Assembly: GCA_008080735.1 (NCBI GenBank)
Contig: SHMW01000079.1
Coordinates: forward strand, 1 to 19,884
DNA: 19,884 nucleotides
DNA from: Promethearchaeota archaeon
Lineage (GTDB): Archaea; Asgardarchaeota; Lokiarchaeia; Sigyniarchaeales; SOKP01
Direction of reading: 5' to 3'
The translations under genes were made by a program, and so were the position numbers. Positions within the stretch are counted from its first letter, which is position 1; every line of letters begins with the position of its first letter. Of this stretch, positions 17,101 to 19,884 are shown one piece after another. The notes beneath the pieces were generated by a model, which saw only the letters and a list, made by a program, of their open reading frames with translations, was not told the DNA's origin and ran no database searches.

Positions 17101-19058
17101 GTGATAATATCTCCTTCTCTTACCAATGGAATTTCTGCATTATCAAACATTTTGGTCCTTAATTTTCCACTACTTGAAAGTTCAATTGGCTCGATTTTTA
17201 GGTAAGGAGGAATTTTTATTTTAGTCGAGTTTATTAATTGACTTTTATTTGAATCATAATCTCCATTTATATGGACTTTTGCGATAACACTACATTTTCC
17301 CTCCAAAATCTCTTGAGCTAAACTCTTAGAAACATCCCAATTTTGAAACCAAACTTCCTTTATTTCTCGCGGTTTCAAAATATCTCCATTTTCTTTATCT
17401 TGAGTAGCATCATGAATTAATTGATCGGGACCGCCCTCAATGGAATAGTAAAATTCAACATTTATCCTTGTTTCAGCAATACTGTCATTTTTTACCTTGG
17501 TAGATAACCACATCCCCGTAATATTATCATTTTCATCAATGAAATCTTCTGCTACCGTTCTAGCATAATCTAGATCAATAAAACAATAATTAATTATTTC
17601 AGGACCATACCAAGGTTTAGTGACCCTAACTATGGGGCTTGCTCTAATGATTTTAATGCTCTCATAGTCCTTATAATATTCGTTAATCTTTGGATCATCA
17701 GGAATAACTTCATTATCTTTAGCCATTTCTGCGGGATTTTTCTCCTCCTCTTCATCGAACCCCAATTCTTCATATAATTCTGCTAATGCCATTAAGATGG
17801 GTTCACTTGTAATATTATTACTTCCCATAGCGCATGCAAATCCTCCAAGACAAACCAAAAAACTCAAGGCAGTTACTATATACTCATAAGGACTAGCCCC
17901 TCCTTTAATCTGAGTTATTAATCCTGCTATTGTTATTACCATAGCGGTTGAATTTGTTATTGCGAGATCTTTAGTCCTTTTGATACCATTCAGATGTTCT
18001 GAAAGCCCTTCGTCAAATTTTCCGCTTGAAGCTGTGTTCATAACTGAATTTATAATATTGAGGTATCCTAGATATACTCCAATCACCGTTAGTGCCGTAC
18101 CAACCTGTCCTGGTAAACCGCTAGTTGTTGCAGGAAAATCGGGATGAAATGTAATAAATCCAACGACTATACCTTCTAAAGTAAGTATCAACGCTAAAAT
18201 ATCAAATCTCCAACTCGGAACATCAGCATCAGGATTATTTTCCTCTTTTAATGCCTCATTTCCTACTAAAGTAATAAGGAATTCGACTATTCGTTCCATT
18301 GATTTTCGTAAACTTGCTGTAGCATCTCCGAATAACTGCCCCACGTTAAAAACATTATCAACTGCGATATTAAGAATTAAATCTTCAATACCCGGAAGAG
18401 GAATTTTATCCAATGGGAGTAATCCTTCAAAATAACCTACAATGAAAGGACGTATATACTCGTCAACTAAGGACTCTAATAATCTTTGAGGTGAAGTAAC
18501 TATGGATTCTATTTTCTCGATTATTTCTTGTAGCGTTTCAAATAGAGGTAAAATGGATTTAAATGGTTCTGTGTTTTCAATATATCTCTCAGCCTCCTCA
18601 AGATCAGTACCCATTAGTTCTAATAAATAATTTAAGACATCCCTGGCGAGATTTTTAATCTCGTCCGCTCCAAGACACACTCTAAATATTGCTTTATAGA
18701 TTAGCAAACTGACTTCATATACAACATCACTAATTCCTCCTAAGATTGCATTAGTACCATCTAGAAGTTTTTCAAAGATAAATTTCATCCATTCCAATAA
18801 TTTATCTATTACGGGTTGCAAGTATCGATCAAATATATCCCCTGGCAAATCGGCAATCGTTTCTACAGTATCTCCCATTTTATCCTTTAGTTCATCGATG
18901 TTTTTATTGGTATAGTTTATTGCTGCTTCCGCAACCTCATCAACACTCGCTATCCCATCCTTTACCAATTCTGTGATATCCAACACTCCAGATTGGATCA
19001 TTTCAGAAGGAGAGGGACATAGACATATAACTTCAGGTGCAACACATATCCATTGCAT
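14127..19058 (-). CDS. giant (~1643 aa) membrane-anchored protein: helical N-terminus, hydrophobic hairpins, multiple Ig-like (CARDB/NEW3-like) domains, C-terminal TM
   Basis: Repeats such as EGDIITLSSSVRNTGG, EGETIIVGSRLENTGNG, VTLENIG...LPSGW and FNLTVINNGN; terminal GLLTIGLGAGIVIIAIVLIYLI. ATG 19058 preferred over 19088 because a TTTATAAA box lies at 19095-19102. Confidence 0.8.
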   Translation of the reverse strand: MQWICVAPEVICLCPSPSEMIQSGVLDITELVKDGIASVDEVAEAAINYTNKNIDELKDKMGDTVETIADLPGDIFDRYLQPVIDKLLEWMKFIFEKLLDGTNAILGGISDVVYEVSLLIYKAIFRVCLGADEIKNLARDVLNYLLELMGTDLEEAERYIENTEPFKSILPLFETLQEIIEKIESIVTSPQRLLESLVDEYIRPFIVGYFEGLLPLDKIPLPGIEDLILNIAVDNVFNVGQLFGDATASLRKSMERIVEFLITLVGNEALKEENNPDADVPSWRFDILALILTLEGIVVGFITFHPDFPATTSGLPGQVGTALTVIGVYLGYLNIINSVMNTASSGKFDEGLSEHLNGIKRTKDLAITNSTAMVITIAGLITQIKGGASPYEYIVTALSFLVCLGGFACAMGSNNITSEPILMALAELYEELGFDEEEEKNPAEMAKDNEVIPDDPKINEYYKDYESIKIIRASPIVRVTKPWYGPEIINYCFIDLDYARTVAEDFIDENDNITGMWLSTKVKNDSIAETRINVEFYYSIEGGPDQLIHDATQDKENGDILKPREIKEVWFQNWDVSKSLAQEILEGKCSVIAKVHINGDYDSNKSQLINSTKIKIPPYLKIEPIELSSSGKLRTKMFDNAEIPLVREGDIITLSSSVRNTGGAFVNYRNLCVRWYLDDREGKNQLISKQYYTSSDNINYNDETGVSLTLDTTNLGLSTYGIEGWIRKFKVAILEKDFEHLMGENIPIFTGRQEQSVSITFDSWPPELVKPKLSVDKSVAVEGETIIVGSRLENTGNGPLNIRNGEILFKELDENKNEQNIEKVETRIIQSNFERTPFENGTAESHTESKMISFEFIASYDMWIDSIELLSISGSTEKVRCSELNISYLGYKISEFSEYDATHGIHYLQNSVLLKEGETYFFEFAGLSGEVLIEKGRYLLGERDIIKNSLVTLKDGGVLYFHPKFKLHCLKSLPPNSFGYFEYIMDTTEKTDIKYIQWEFNSDSLDLHMVSQKAIRIEEREIKAFRFKAEKTLETLTYHRVAEFPIEIIKEDDVDSIRVKISSNLIKSQAENYTIFIKETSNSKAKPLNHQVYTLSEDRVQSLVIGIAASRNIVKGTTLNFSIIGTATVKEQEIKKDLKLKINVIKDFSEIFLLKCEDPHHKMKRDYETQYVVKIINNSNIKLDLEVETIGQSEALENNWDYFFSSNNKKELKLQLTGRREDLLFNVKSTQKAQSFEVTNFISVKYSWDPLESNNSKFMFNKELALLTSFEAKSHPLGVTFRSSPNAGDPGITLKLIAQFNIFPSADKEFYNVIINIEGDVELISRPPHNFKLKNGDSRKIIWEIKIPEDVMIGNKIPIKLVSGVAEDPRKFTNIINIDITNNRKDYQFALKRDWRILSVVQGKRATIKVTLENIGRKYDTVIISAAHTLPSGWWIYPKKKKISLTPDSTHSYKINVNSPRSAKLSDSGIISLSAVSKGNPLVKQSERITIKSAPPGANWSVLLKTSRTKKLISSKGDTKFNLTVINNGNRQLGMVNLSIKHKYNPIQFKTTLIPNQLNLRKIGSIENAKAIIEPRLTGPGNYKFEIIARWEERILYAQDSKHVKIEYSQKSFFKTKYGLLTIGLGAGIVIIAIVLIYLISNF

Positions 19059-19091
19059 TTTATAATCTCTTTTTTTTTTATTTTTCATTAA

Positions 19092-19105
19092 AGCTTTATA
19101 AAGCT
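19092..19105 (-). promoter_or_regulatory. TATA box within the perfect palindrome AGCTTTATAAAGCT
   Basis: 14-bp palindrome about 35 nt upstream of ATG 19058. Confidence 0.5.
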
Positions 19106-19317
19106 CATTTAATTATTCGATAGTTCTCAGATTACGTATTAGGCTAATTAGTTAAATTATTAGATAAATTGCTCATTTCTCAAAATTTGAGAATGAACTC
19201 TATAAAGGTTACTTTAATGTATAATAATTCTAAATACAAGATTATAAATGTTTTCAAAAAGGTCAGTCAAATACTTCATTTAATCCGTACAAAAAAAAAT
19301 GAATTAAAGCTTTCTTC

Positions 19318-19884
19318 TTATTGCTCCAATTTTTTTCTGTATTTCTTTCCAATTTTATATGCTTTAGCTAAAGTCTTCCCTATTGTCCAGCATTTCATAT
19401 CAATCGTAGAATATGCGATTGGCTTGATCTTTTGCATATCTGGTTTACTATTAGTCAAGCATATTTCGTCAGCATAAGCATTAAAAATCTCACCAATAAA
19501 GATATAATTGGACCCTCCTAAGTCCACGGTTTCTACTACTTTATTCCCATATTAACTGGCGCTACATTGATAAGTGGAGAGTTTTTAAGTTCTCCGAAAA
19601 AAGCTTCAAATAATATGGATTTATCCTTTCGCTTACCTTGAGTGATGCCACAGTAATCTGTTACATCCACCATATCCTCAGAAGGTATATTTACACTAAA
19701 TTCTTTATTTTTCATTATTCCTTGATTTGTATAGTGAACTTTTGCCGAACTAACAACTATTCGGGGCGTTTTATACCCAGAACGTGTAATATTTGCTACT
19801 GTGAAAAAGTTTAGCTTTCCTCCTATCAGTGCTCCGGTAAGAACTACTGGTTTTAGATAAATAAAGAGATGAGGGTTTATATTA
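19318..19884 (-). pseudogene. flavoredoxin / flavin reductase family gene, frameshifted, 5' end off the window
   Basis: Upstream frame YLKPVVLTGA...LNFFTVA...HYTNQGIMKNKEFSVNIPS...TDYCGI...PLINVAPVNM stops at 19538-19536. The family C-terminus KVVETVDLGGSNYIFIGEI...KPDMQKIKPI continues in another frame from ~19542. Confidence 0.82.

Noticed and set aside
19070-19079. A10 tract (minus strand) as a phase-variation switch for the giant gene
   Set aside because: It lies upstream of the more likely start (ATG 19058), and homopolymers are common throughout this window.
19214-19279. 21-aa ORF MKYLTDLFENIYNLVFRIIIH as the rSAM precursor peptide
   Set aside because: No Cys or leader/core features, no clear RBS, and the size is expected by chance.
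1-19884. tRNA, rRNA or CRISPR array
   Set aside because: Intergenic regions are short and AT-rich, with no GC-rich cloverleaf or regularly spaced repeats seen.

Overview
AT-rich archaeal window, most consistent with an Asgard archaeon (Lokiarchaeia/Promethearchaeota-like). This is an inference from an N-terminal longin-like domain, TTTATA-type boxes and a GGTGA ribosome-binding site. Left to right: two LMW-PTP-family phosphatases flanking an ArsB/NhaD/SLC13-type permease; NYN nuclease; HEPN+MNT pair; two GbsR/MarR-like regulators divergent from an ABC-2 exporter with twin palindromic operators; a 526-aa double-HNH protein; a longin-fusion protein; MBL hydrolase, TetR and OsmC; a radical SAM/SPASM enzyme behind a ~1650-aa Ig-repeat membrane protein; and a frameshifted flavoredoxin at the edge. 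The main result is absent from the ORF track. The last 50 codons of the ABC permease gene occur twice (7240-7392 and 9187-9339; hand count 41/50 aa and ~73% nt identical, mostly synonymous differences) and bracket the double-HNH gene. This fits a ~1.95-kb endonuclease cassette that entered the permease gene, supplied a recoded replacement 3' end and displaced the original. All family calls come from motif recognition by eye; no searches were run.
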